Shown in pieces: positions 42,481-51,841 of a stretch of DNA of 64,000 bases. This stretch comes from Actinomycetota bacterium (GTDB lineage Bacteria > Actinomycetota > Acidimicrobiia > Acidimicrobiales > Acidimicrobiaceae). The stretch covers positions 1,829 to 65,828 of the forward strand of contig SCQM01000161.1 in the NCBI GenBank assembly GCA_004298555.1. Reading direction: 5' to 3'. Position 1 is the stretch's first letter, and the number at the start of each line of letters is the position of its first letter. The position numbers were made by a program, and so were the translations under genes. The notes below the pieces were generated by a model. The model did not search any database and was not told the origin of the DNA. It saw nothing but the letters and a program-made list of their open reading frames with translations.

Positions 42481-43029
42481 ATGAAAGGAGTCCTGGCTTT
42501 GAGAAATCACATGGAAGCGGTATTTAGGGTGTTTGAAACACCTTTTGCACCCTTCAGCGTGGCATTTGATTCTAACGGCACGCTAATAATGGCATCGGGA
42601 TTCACATCCAAAATGGAGGAGATCGGCGAACTGCTGCCTGGCCTAAGAATGGTCAGAACAGGTAACGGCAAAGTTGAGTTGGCCTCGGAAGCGGTACAAG
42701 AGTACCTGGAATGCTATTTCGAGGGAATGCCATCAGCTACGGTTACGAATCTTGGTCCAATTCCGGGGGGAACTGATTTTCAAAGGACCGTCTGGCGGGA
42801 AATTAATAAAATTCCTTTTGCCTCAACAGCGAGTTACAAGCAAATAGCAGACAGAATAGGCCGGCCGAATAGTTTCAGGGCGACGGGCACGGCATGCGGA
42901 GCCAACAAGCTGGCGCTATTCATTCCCTGCCACCGCGTCGTGCACGCATCTGGGACAATGGGGAACTACAGGTGGGACGCCCGGCTAAAGGAAAGACTCC
43001 TACGCCACGAGAAATCCATGTCGGGCTAG
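42481..43029 (+). CDS. ogt: Methylated-DNA--protein-cysteine methyltransferase
   Basis: 182 aa. Active site IPCHRVV, preceded by the SYKQIA helix. Confidence 0.9.
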   Translation: MKGVLALRNHMEAVFRVFETPFAPFSVAFDSNGTLIMASGFTSKMEEIGELLPGLRMVRTGNGKVELASEAVQEYLECYFEGMPSATVTNLGPIPGGTDFQRTVWREINKIPFASTASYKQIADRIGRPNSFRATGTACGANKLALFIPCHRVVHASGTMGNYRWDARLKERLLRHEKSMSG

Positions 43030-43476
43030 AGGCGACCAGTATCTGTGCAAGCAGAAACTGCAGCCTAACCATCTGCCGACTCCCGGATATTCCATCCGTT
43101 CCCGTCCCGATCTTTAAAGGCCGCATAGTTTCCCAGGATCCTGTCTCAACACTTCTGTGGCCGACCTTGCATCCACCCAGCCTTCAAGCATCTAACAGCT
43201 TCCCCGTTTGCGTTATCTCTCCCACCCTAACGAAGGGGGCTTTGTCGCGCAGATCGACAAACTGATTCAAGCACGGAACCTGCTACAGTTCCTGGATCCT
43301 AGCTATCGAACCAGGTGACCTCAGGGATGCGGGAAGCTCTCACCGAATGCAAGGCTCTACCGGGCGCATTGTTGCATTTATGGCCATGTCAGTGACCAAT
43401 CCTGCTCCCTGTACGTTTTGACTGGATTGAGAAGAGCGGTTCTGGTCGGAGACGGGAACCTAGAGAATCCTCAATC

Positions 43477-44132
43477 CTATAATTGCCATTTGTCTAAACC
43501 TTCCTCACTGCCGTATCGGTTGGAGAAAACGCGGCTCTTTAGCGACCTCCTGCTCTCCCAGCCCAGCCGTTCCAGATCCGGCGTCTCTTCCAGATGAGTC
43601 ACTGGACCGAAACAGAGCCATGCGATTGGACGCACGTGTTCGGGAAGATCCATCAATTCTGATAGATACTCTTCCTGGTAGAAAGACACCCAGCCGACTC
43701 CCATGCCCTCATAGGTGGCTGCCAGCCATAGATTCTCTATCGCGAGACAAACCGAATAGAGGCCAGCGTCGTCGATCGTATTCCTTCCCAGCACCGCTGG
43801 AGCACCCCGCTTTGAGTCATATGTAACAACTATGCCGAGGCTCGAATCCAGTATTCCCTCGATCTTGATCTTCTCGAAGGTACTCAGCCTGTCGCCCTCA
43901 AGAAGATTCGCAAAGGCAATCCTTTCCTGCTCTACATGCTCGGCAAATTTGGCACGCAAAGGCACGTCCTCCACGAGGATGAAGTCCCAAGGCTGGCTCA
44001 TGCCGACACTCGGAGCCGCGTTCGCTGCGCTAAGTACGCGGGACAGGGCCTCCGGATCGATTGCGCCCCCGTTGAACTGGGCTCGGACATCCCTGCGCCT
44101 ATAAATTACCTCGTAGAAATCTTGACTTATCA
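43477..44132 (-). CDS. bluB: 5,6-dimethylbenzimidazole synthase-like flavin destructase (BluB/nitroreductase family)
   Basis: FYEVIYRRRDVRAQF...APSVGMSQPWDF matches the BluB signature. Start set to GTG 44132 (AAGGGTGA RBS). The longest ORF extends to 44202. Confidence 0.7.
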
Positions 44133-44271
44133 CACGAATCACCCTTATCAAGACATTGCACGTATTCCAATGATATGGACACGGAAACACGCTAATATAC
44201 AAAGCTGCCTAACCACCAAATCAAACCTTAGGATCCATGCAAGATGGCGTTTCAATTGAGTCAGGGATCCC

Positions 44272-44309
44272 CGAGCCGGTGGACTTTTCCCAAGTCGTCA
44301 GCGGGCTCG
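44272..44309 (-). terminator. Candidate stem-loop after the PIG-L gene
   Basis: CGAGCC..GACTT-ttccc-AAGTC..GGCTCG is a nested hairpin starting 4 nt past the stop. No U-tract. Confidence 0.3.
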
Positions 44310-44312
44310 TCT

Positions 44313-45044
44313 CTAACCAGTGATCACCCGTCTGTATGTCTCAGCAAACCTTCCCTTGGGTAGGCCTACCTCCGCACCTGAAGCCTCCACCCAGCCTCTG
44401 ACGAAGGCCGCCGTTTCTTCTGGATTCGACAGCTGGCTCTTATGCTCCAAAATAGCTCTGATTTTATTGTCCACATAGTCCGTGATATCGGTGTAGCAGT
44501 TTGGATTTGGAGAAGCCTGCATAATCACGTCCTGTACGGTATGAGCTTCAAGATTCTCGGCCAGGAGTTCAGGAAACGCAAAGGGATTGCGTGCATCCGG
44601 GTAGACGGCGCAGATGGTTGCTTCGGCGGCAGCCAGGTGATCAGGGTGGGACGCATAGATACGGTCAAAGTTTCGCTCCGTTGACTGACAAATGACCCGA
44701 TTCGGCCTGAACTGCCTTATCTTTCGTGCAATATCCTTCCTGAGACCGATAGTGGCCTGAAGCTCACCGTCCCTATACCCGAGAAAGGTTAGGTCGGCCA
44801 CGCCCAAAATGCCTGCGGCATTGGTCTGCTCCCTCTGCCTTATACTTGGCATCTCAGTGCGTGCTATGCCGGGATCGAATCCGCCAGCATCCCCGTCGGT
44901 AATTATGCAATATGCGACAATAGAACCTTCGGAGACCCACTTTGCGACGGTACCCGCTGATCCGAAATCAACATCGTCAGGATGAGCAACTACTACCAAA
45001 ACTCTTTCAACAGGTTCCAATTCTTCGAAATTTGGCATAGTCAT
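44313..45044 (-). CDS. PIG-L/LmbE-family N-acetylglucosaminyl deacetylase (MshB/Mca-like)
   Basis: 243 aa. VVAHPDDVDFG metal-binding motif and HPDH second motif. Confidence 0.8.
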   Translation of the reverse strand: MTMPNFEELEPVERVLVVVAHPDDVDFGSAGTVAKWVSEGSIVAYCIITDGDAGGFDPGIARTEMPSIRQREQTNAAGILGVADLTFLGYRDGELQATIGLRKDIARKIRQFRPNRVICQSTERNFDRIYASHPDHLAAAEATICAVYPDARNPFAFPELLAENLEAHTVQDVIMQASPNPNCYTDITDYVDNKIRAILEHKSQLSNPEETAAFVRGWVEASGAEVGLPKGRFAETYRRVITG

Positions 45045-45141
45045 AACTTACTCCAGATCGGCCTGCAACCCTGAACCAAAGCCATGCCACGCCATAGCGT
45101 AATTTGCGGCGCCAACCCACAATATAAAGACTAAATTTCAT

Positions 45142-45627
45142 TTGATGACCGACACTGAAAATCTGCGCCTTTCTCCAGGAGATAAAGCTCCTGAACTTTG
45201 TCTGGAAAACCAGGATCACAAGACGATCTGCCTAAGCGATTATCTCGGACAAAAGATTGTGCTTTATTTCTACCCGAAAGATCTCACTCCCGGCTGCACC
45301 ACGCAGGCCAGCGAGCTGACCGCCATTCTCCCCAAACTTCGCAAAGCTGGATATACGGTCTTTGGAGTTTCGCCCGATACACCTGAAAAGCACCGGGACT
45401 TCATTAAAAAGATCAACATAGGTTTCGAACTGCTTTCCGATCCGGATAAATCCGTCATGACCCGATGGGGCACCTATGGCAGGAAAGTCATGTATGGCCG
45501 TGAAAGCATCGGCGTCATCAGATCCACTTTCGTCATCGACCAACAGGGCGTGATCACCAAGGCCGCATATGCAACCAAGGCTACAGGTCACGCTGCCCGA
45601 CTTGCCAAGGAGCTGGAGTTGGGCTAA
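45142..45627 (+). CDS. bcp: Thioredoxin-dependent peroxiredoxin Bcp
   Basis: 161 aa. YFYPKDLTPGCTTQA peroxidatic Cys motif. Confidence 0.9.
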   Translation: MMTDTENLRLSPGDKAPELCLENQDHKTICLSDYLGQKIVLYFYPKDLTPGCTTQASELTAILPKLRKAGYTVFGVSPDTPEKHRDFIKKINIGFELLSDPDKSVMTRWGTYGRKVMYGRESIGVIRSTFVIDQQGVITKAAYATKATGHAARLAKELELG

Positions 45628-45668
45628 CCGGCCCAGAGTACGATCCGGATGATCTCTATAATTGATTT

Positions 45669-46541
45669 GTGCCCGTTCCCCTGTTGATCTTGATACTTCA
45701 ATCACCTCCGATCCAACTCTCAGTCCTGCTTACTGGAATTCAAACTGGTCCGCTTTCGTTGGCAGCGCTGGCTGTTGAAATAATTTTTTCTGGGCTTTAT
45801 CTATGGGGAGTCCGGTCATTAAAAGTCAGGGGAAGGCACTGGGGACGCCTCCGCACCGTGAGCTTCCTCGCCGGTATGGCCGTGGTCTTCATTGCGACAG
45901 GATCCGGACTGGCATCTTACGACGATAAAGTTTTTACCGTTCACGTTATCCAGCACCTGCTCCTCATGAATTTCGCACCAATTTTCATCGCACTGAGCGC
46001 ACCAGCCACGCTGCTGATGCAAGCCTCTAAAAGGCCGGTTCAAACCGCAACAATAAAGTTCCTGCACTCCAAAGTGATTTCGATTCTCACCTTCCCCGTC
46101 TTCGCCTGGCTTGCAAATTGGGGCACAATGTACATTTATTTTTTGACTCCCATATACCAATTGTCCATTGAACATCCCCTCTTCCATGACTACGCTCACC
46201 TCCAATTCCTGGTTGCGGGCATCATCTTCTGGACAACGCTGATCGGGCTCGATCCAATACGTTGGAAAATGGCATATGGCGCAAAGCTCGCCTATCTTCT
46301 GATTGGAATTCCCTTCGGCGCGTTCATAGGAATCACGCTTATGTCGATGAGAACCTCGGTTTCACCCGCACATACCCTTGCAGACGTTCACTCGGGAGGC
46401 GCGCTTCTTTGGGTTTTTGACGAAATCTTTACAGTTGCCGCACTTGGAATAATATTTCTTCAATGGGCCAAGCATGAAGAACGCCTTGCCAACAGGGCTG
46501 ATAGAGACCTTGACCGGCAAATCTCTGAGCAGCAAGGCTGA
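45669..46541 (+). CDS. ctaG: Cytochrome c oxidase assembly factor CtaG (Caa3_CtaG family membrane protein)
   Basis: 290 aa polytopic protein. VHVIQHLLLMNFAPIFIALSAP is typical of the family. Confidence 0.75.
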   Translation: MPVPLLILILQSPPIQLSVLLTGIQTGPLSLAALAVEIIFSGLYLWGVRSLKVRGRHWGRLRTVSFLAGMAVVFIATGSGLASYDDKVFTVHVIQHLLLMNFAPIFIALSAPATLLMQASKRPVQTATIKFLHSKVISILTFPVFAWLANWGTMYIYFLTPIYQLSIEHPLFHDYAHLQFLVAGIIFWTTLIGLDPIRWKMAYGAKLAYLLIGIPFGAFIGITLMSMRTSVSPAHTLADVHSGGALLWVFDEIFTVAALGIIFLQWAKHEERLANRADRDLDRQISEQQG

Positions 46542-46620
46542 AGACCGGCAAAAACTTCCAAATAACCAGCGGGTAACATAGTACTTGCTTAAAGATGTTT
46601 TCTCAGAATCGAGGTACCCA

Positions 46621-47787
46621 ATGTCAGAGACCGTAATAGTCGCCACGGCCCGAACACCGATTGGCAGGGCATACAAAGGATCGCTTAAAGACATAAGGCC
46701 TGACGATATGGGTGGGTTCATTGTCAATGAACTGCTCAAAAAGGTCCCGCAACTTGATCCGGTCCAGATCGACGATGTGATGATCGGTGCGGCTAACCAT
46801 GTTGGAGAACAATCCTTGAACCTGGGAAGAAATATCGCGGCTCTGGCAGGCCTGCCTGACACTGTTCCAGGCACGACGGTAAATAGATTTTGTGCCTCAT
46901 CTTTGCAGACGATCCGCATGGCGTTTCATGCTATCGAAGCGCACGAAGGGGAAGTTTTCGTTGCCGGCGGCGTAGAAAGCACCACCAGGACACTTGGAGT
47001 TGGATTCGCCGAAAAGGACCTCAACCCAAGATTTACCGATCACTCCCGATCAGATTTTATCAACGAAATGTTCATTCCTATGGGGCTCACGGCCGAAAAC
47101 GTTGCTAAACAGTTCGGAATAACCAGACAAAGAATGGACGAATTCGCGAAGCTTTCCCAGGATCGTGCGGTTGCTGCGCAAAATAACGGCACCTTCGCCC
47201 GAGAAATCACGCCCATCCCGCTCCCCGACGGAACCTTGCTCGCAAAGGACGACGGGCCGAGGCCCAACACTAATCTGGAGGCCCTGAGCCAACTCCCTCC
47301 GGCATTCATCGAGAATGGCCTGGTGACAGCGGGAAACTCATGCCCCCTAAACGACGGCGCCGCTGCAGTATTGGTTATGTCCTCGAATAAGGCAAAGGAG
47401 TTGGGGATAACCCCGCTTGCCAGGGTGATTGCGTCTTCTGTCTCGGGCTTGGCCCCTGAAATAATGGGAGTAGGTCCAGTTGAAGCCGTCCGGAAAGTCT
47501 TGAAACTTTCAAAGATGAGCTTGAGGGATATCGCCACTGTCGAACTCAACGAAGCATTCGCCGCCCAAGTTCTGGCTGTTTGCGATGAACTGGGAATTTC
47601 TATTGAAGACCAGCTCAATCCCCATGGTGGTGCCATTGCTCTCGGACATCCCTTCGGAATGACCGGAGCACGCATAATGACCACTCTCATCAATGATCTC
47701 CAAATGAGGGATCAACAATTTGGCCTTGAAACCATGTGCGTGGGTGGCGGAATGGGCATGGCAATGATCATCGAAAGGCTTTTGTGA
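46621..47787 (+). CDS. Acetyl-CoA C-acetyltransferase (thiolase II)
   Basis: NRFCASSLQ (nucleophile Cys), NPHGGAIALGHPFGMTGAR, CVGGGMG. Start set to ATG 46621 (GAGG RBS). Confidence 0.9.
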   Translation: MSETVIVATARTPIGRAYKGSLKDIRPDDMGGFIVNELLKKVPQLDPVQIDDVMIGAANHVGEQSLNLGRNIAALAGLPDTVPGTTVNRFCASSLQTIRMAFHAIEAHEGEVFVAGGVESTTRTLGVGFAEKDLNPRFTDHSRSDFINEMFIPMGLTAENVAKQFGITRQRMDEFAKLSQDRAVAAQNNGTFAREITPIPLPDGTLLAKDDGPRPNTNLEALSQLPPAFIENGLVTAGNSCPLNDGAAAVLVMSSNKAKELGITPLARVIASSVSGLAPEIMGVGPVEAVRKVLKLSKMSLRDIATVELNEAFAAQVLAVCDELGISIEDQLNPHGGAIALGHPFGMTGARIMTTLINDLQMRDQQFGLETMCVGGGMGMAMIIERLL

Positions 47788-47846
47788 TCTCGCCACTTGC
47801 CAGATCCGAAAGGAACTCTGAAAAGTCGGACTAACTTTTTTAAGTC

Positions 47847-48521
47847 ATGGCTAATCAAAATTCAACTTCCGAAGATAACAGCCAAGTCAAAAAACCAGAA
47901 GAAATACAGACTGTTCTTGTTTTGGTAAGACATGGGAACACGACTACAACGGGAAAAATTCTGCCTGGGCGTTCTCCTGGACTGAATCTCTCCGAGGAGG
48001 GGATAGCCCAGGCTGAGGCAGTTGCGGAACAGCTCTCAAAATTGGAAAATGTTGCTGCCGTCTATGCCAGTCCCCTTGAGCGCGCACAACAGACTGCAAC
48101 GCCGCTTGCGGCGCGACTGGACATGGAAATCCGCACATCTGAGCTGCTTTATGAATGCGACTTTGGCGATTGGACCGGCCGGGAACTAGCTGAGCTTTAC
48201 AAACTCCAGGAATGGAACCAGGTTCAGCGGTCACCTTCGACATTCCGGTTTCCCAATGGAGAATCGTTCATGGAAATGACAGCGAGGATGGCAAGATTTA
48301 CCGAATTGATTCAGCAGGACCATTGTGGCAAGATCGTCGTCGCATATTCGCACGCAGACCCAATCAAGACTCTCTTGTGTTCCTCTCTCGGAATGCATCT
48401 GGACATGTTCCAGAGACTCTTCATTGCGACATGTTCGGTGTCAGCAATCTCCTTTTCAAACTCCGGAACTTTGGTTTTGGGTAGTAACTGGCAAAAAGAC
48501 TTTTCAATTAAGGTGCCATAA
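47847..48521 (+). CDS. Histidine phosphatase family protein (MSMEG_4193-type putative phosphomutase)
   Basis: 224 aa. RHG motif LVRHGNT and a later H (SHADP). Confidence 0.8.
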   Translation: MANQNSTSEDNSQVKKPEEIQTVLVLVRHGNTTTTGKILPGRSPGLNLSEEGIAQAEAVAEQLSKLENVAAVYASPLERAQQTATPLAARLDMEIRTSELLYECDFGDWTGRELAELYKLQEWNQVQRSPSTFRFPNGESFMEMTARMARFTELIQQDHCGKIVVAYSHADPIKTLLCSSLGMHLDMFQRLFIATCSVSAISFSNSGTLVLGSNWQKDFSIKVP

Positions 48522-49019
48522 TTGTCGATATCAAAAGATTTCCCATCAGTAGACCATGTGGCGATCGGAGCCTTCGGTGAACCCGGCAAGCGGGTGTTCG
48601 TCATCCAGGCCAGGTACCTAGGAGAACTTGTAACCCTGAAGATCGAAAAGGCTCAGGTTGCAGCTTTAGTTCGTCATTTAGGAGAAATGATCCAGGAATT
48701 GTCGAGGCCCGGCCACCTGGATGAACCAAGTTCCGTGTTAGTGCCCTATGAAATTGCCTGGTCCGTTGGATCGATCGCAATCTCCTATATCGAAAATCTG
48801 GACCAGATCAACCTGCATTTGGAAGAAATCCCGGGCGAAGACGCAGAGCCGTCGTCACTTCAGATTGGCCTTTCAAAGGAACAATCCGCCGAATTGGCAA
48901 TTCAAGGAGCTCGTCTGATCGCTGCAGGCAGGCCGCTTTGTCCGCTTTGTGGTTATCCACTAGATCCAGATGGTCACGCATGTCCCAGAACAAACGGCCA
49001 CAAAGCACCGGCTGTCTAG
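48522..49019 (+). CDS. DUF3090-family protein (C-terminal Zn-ribbon-like)
   Basis: 165 aa. GEPGKRVF...KIEK and C-terminal CPLCGYPLDPDGHACPRTNGH. Start abuts the upstream stop. Confidence 0.75.
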   Translation: MSISKDFPSVDHVAIGAFGEPGKRVFVIQARYLGELVTLKIEKAQVAALVRHLGEMIQELSRPGHLDEPSSVLVPYEIAWSVGSIAISYIENLDQINLHLEEIPGEDAEPSSLQIGLSKEQSAELAIQGARLIAAGRPLCPLCGYPLDPDGHACPRTNGHKAPAV

Positions 49020-49045
49020 AACACCTGAGCTCGGGTGAGCTTGAG

Positions 49046-49702
49046 GTGCTCGGGCGCATGCCATATAGCTCCAATGCAACGTTCCTAGTCAAGGTGACGA
49101 AAGATTCTGCGGAATGTCAGGGGATTTATAAGCCATACCGTGGCGAGCGGAGTCTATGGGACTTTAAGGGCGGCCTTTTCATGCGCGAGGTCGCTGCCTA
49201 CAAACTTTCTGAAGCATTGGAATGGGAACTGATCCCAACGACCATTCTCAGAGCGGACGGCCCCTTGGGAGAAGGCAGTCTTCAGCTCTTCATAGAGGCG
49301 GATTTCCAAGAACACTATTTCTCCCTGTACGAGAGAAGTGATCTGCACCCCCAGTTCGAGAAGTTCGCCTTGTTCGATATCATTGCGAACAATGCTGACA
49401 GGAAATCTGGACATCTGCTGATAGATGGCAACGACCATATCTGGGGGATAGACCAGGGATTGTGCTTTCATTACGAGCCAAAACTCAGAACCGTGATATG
49501 GGAATTTGCCGGTGAGCCGATTCCGGAGAATCTCCTCGAAGCGCTGGCGGCCAAACAAAATGACTGCATCAATGCAATTGGAGAGTTCATCAGCCAGCGG
49601 GAATTGCAGGCATTTAAAAACCGTGTCGCAAGTGTTCTCAAAAACAAAAAATTTCCGGTTCCGGAACCGGACGCAAGGTGCTACCCCTGGCCGCTCATAT
49701 AG
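49046..49702 (+). CDS. SCO1664-family protein (PI3/PI4-kinase-like fold predicted)
   Basis: SNATFLV...IYKP..GE..LWDF...DIIANNADRKSGHLL...GIDQGLCF is a kinase-like catalytic/Mg loop pattern. Start uncertain: ATG 48980, CTG 49025, GTG 49046 or ATG 49058 (the last has a GAGGTG RBS). Confidence 0.65.
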   Translation: MLGRMPYSSNATFLVKVTKDSAECQGIYKPYRGERSLWDFKGGLFMREVAAYKLSEALEWELIPTTILRADGPLGEGSLQLFIEADFQEHYFSLYERSDLHPQFEKFALFDIIANNADRKSGHLLIDGNDHIWGIDQGLCFHYEPKLRTVIWEFAGEPIPENLLEALAAKQNDCINAIGEFISQRELQAFKNRVASVLKNKKFPVPEPDARCYPWPLI

Positions 49703-49741
49703 GCTTGCCGCAGCTCGTTCGAAGGAGCACTACGGCAAGCC
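49702..49741. terminator. Bidirectional stem-loop between convergent genes
   Basis: GGCTTGCCG..GCTC-gttcgaag-GAGC..CGGCAAGCC: 9-bp outer plus 4-bp inner stem filling the 46-nt gap between the SCO1664-family gene and etfA. Confidence 0.55.
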
Positions 49742-49748
49742 CATCTAA

Positions 49749-50714
49749 CTAACCTTTCGATTTGATCGCCTCGATCAGCTTTGGAAGCACTTTGTGAACG
49801 TCGCCAACTATCCCAAGGTCAGCAATGGAGAAGATCGGAGCATCGGCATCCTTATTGATCGCGATGATATTCTTCGCCCCTTTCATGCCAACCATGTGCT
49901 GAGTCGCACCGGATATGCCGCAGGCAATATAGACCGATGGCTTAACCGTTTTGCCCGTCTGGCCAACCTGATAGGAATATGGAACCCAGCCCGCATCCAC
50001 AATAGCCCGAGATGCTCCCGGCGCTCCGTTTAAGAGCCTGGCCAGCTCCTCGATCATCTGGTAGCTATCCTGCTGGCCCAGCCCCCGTCCGCCGGAGACC
50101 ACAACCGGAGCCTCGTCCAGCTTCGGCCCCGAGCGGGCCTCAGTGTGGCTTTGAATGATCTTTGCTTTGCCTGCGGATCCGATATCACCCACATTTACTT
50201 CCTCCACAACCGCCGCTGCCCCGCCCCTGGATTCAGGTGCGAAGGACTTGGCGCGGATCACGAAGATCCCGGGTCCGGACGAGGTGAACTTTGCCGACAC
50301 TATCTGTGAACCGCCAAAGATCGCATGCTCGCTCGTCAAGCTGCCTCCGTCCTCCACAAGATTGACAACGTTGGTCAACACTGGCAAGTCAAGCTTTGCT
50401 GAGAGCCTGGCCGCAGCATCGCGTCCCTCAGGAGTGGAGCCGAAGAAGACAGCGTCTGGCGCATCAGATGGGATTCGCTTCGCCATGACTGCCGCCACTG
50501 CGGTACCGGCAAGGATTCCATCCAGACCGGTGGCCAAAACCAGCTTTGAAGCCCCGTGGTCACCGAGTGGCTGGGCGGTTTCAGAACCCAATCCATATCC
50601 AAACGCTTCGACTGTTGTGGCAAAGTTTGAAGCAGCGGATATCAGCTCAAGCGAAGTGGAAGAGACGCCCGATTCCGATGGCTCAACAAACACCCAGATT
50701 TTTGACAATGACAT
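49749..50714 (-). CDS. etfA: Electron transfer flavoprotein subunit alpha
   Basis: 321 aa. C-terminal FAD-binding region VVSGGRGLG...VGQTGK.V.P..YIA.GISGA.QH. Confidence 0.9.
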   Translation of the reverse strand: MSLSKIWVFVEPSESGVSSTSLELISAASNFATTVEAFGYGLGSETAQPLGDHGASKLVLATGLDGILAGTAVAAVMAKRIPSDAPDAVFFGSTPEGRDAAARLSAKLDLPVLTNVVNLVEDGGSLTSEHAIFGGSQIVSAKFTSSGPGIFVIRAKSFAPESRGGAAAVVEEVNVGDIGSAGKAKIIQSHTEARSGPKLDEAPVVVSGGRGLGQQDSYQMIEELARLLNGAPGASRAIVDAGWVPYSYQVGQTGKTVKPSVYIACGISGATQHMVGMKGAKNIIAINKDADAPIFSIADLGIVGDVHKVLPKLIEAIKSKG

Positions 50715-50756
50715 AAAATTAAATCTTTCTCTGAAATCCGATAACTAACGGCGTGT

Positions 50757-51521
50757 CTAAATGATCTTCAACGTCTCTAGGAACTCGACCACCTGCTGGT
50801 AGGCCTCTCCCTCATCCACCACCACTGTTCCCGAGGCTCGCTCCTCTGCAGCTCTGACAGAAATAACTTCCTGGTTGGGACTAATTGGACCGATTCCCAG
50901 CCCGGCGGCATCCACGACATCGACAGGCTTGCTCTTGGCCGCCATAATCCCCTTGAAAGACGGATAGCGTGGCTCGACGACGCCAGCAGTCACACTGACA
51001 AGCGCAGGCAACGGGCATTCCACTTCGTCGTAACCTGACTCGGTTTGCCGCTGAACTTTTAAGACTCCGTCCTCGATGTCGACCTTCTTGGCAAAGCTCA
51101 CCGACGGAATATCGAGGATCTCGGCTACTTGGACTGGAACGGTACCGGTGTAGCCGTCGGTTGATTCTGTCGCCGCCATGACAAGATCAAACGGATTTCG
51201 CCGAATAGCCGCCGCTAAAGCTTTGGCAGTGGTAAGCGCATCGGCACCCGAAAAAGATGGATCGGAAACCAGCACAGCTTTGTCTGCTCCCATCGCCAAG
51301 GCGGTGCGAAGTCCGGAGACTTCACCGTTAGGAGCCATGGAGATCAATATGACTTCTCCCCCCCCAGCCCGGTCAACAAGCTGCAAAGCCATCTCAACCC
51401 CGTAGCTGTCAGAGTCATCAAGAATAAGCTTTCCATCTCTGACTAGGTTGTGGGTTCCGGGATCCAGCTTGCCGGGTATTGACTGATCGGGGATTTGTTT
51501 TACGCACACAGCTATATTCAT
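50757..51521 (-). CDS. etfB: Electron transfer flavoprotein subunit beta
   Basis: MNIAVCVKQIPD start at ATG 51521 (AAGGAAA RBS). The longest ORF extends to 51650. Confidence 0.9.
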   Translation of the reverse strand: MNIAVCVKQIPDQSIPGKLDPGTHNLVRDGKLILDDSDSYGVEMALQLVDRAGGGEVILISMAPNGEVSGLRTALAMGADKAVLVSDPSFSGADALTTAKALAAAIRRNPFDLVMAATESTDGYTGTVPVQVAEILDIPSVSFAKKVDIEDGVLKVQRQTESGYDEVECPLPALVSVTAGVVEPRYPSFKGIMAAKSKPVDVVDAAGLGIGPISPNQEVISVRAAEERASGTVVVDEGEAYQQVVEFLETLKII

Positions 51522-51841
51522 TGACGATTTCCTTACATACGTTCGAAACGCAAAGTGCAATAGAAGGATAAGACCTTGTGTCAAGCTTATCGTGAATTTG
51601 CCAACTGGTCCAAGTTGGACATACTCGCTATGTTGCGCAAGCCTGACCACCGGGATGTAACAGCCGCTTTACTCAACTTTGACGAAACCGCATCATTGCT
51701 ATCCAACGGCTTGCGAATCCCGCCCCGTTTGCCCGCTCAGCAGTCCCCGTGCTGACGGTGCAGGTTCGCACATCTGGTGAATGCCGGCGAATGCAGTGCT
51801 TTGGCGCCTCGACTCGCCTCACCCATCTGTTACTGCTATTG

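Noticed and set aside
43300-43325. tRNA-like GGTTCGAT string (and GCGAATCCCGCC at about 51700-51715)
   Set aside because: The flanking bases do not form a T-stem, acceptor stem or anticodon arm. No cloverleaf can be drawn.
44133-44312. Cobalamin riboswitch near bluB (also checked 43030-43476 and upstream of the mutase at 21298-21442)
   Set aside because: There is no B12-box (GCCACUG-like) and no AGGGAA...GGUG..AA..CC core on either strand.
48938-49045. Longest-ORF N-terminus of the SCO1664-family gene overlapping DUF3090 by 82 nt
   Set aside because: The overlapping part translates to R/S/W-rich sequence (LWLSTRSRWSR), typical of an out-of-frame read of the DUF3090 Cys-rich tail. The real start is probably between 48980 and 49058.
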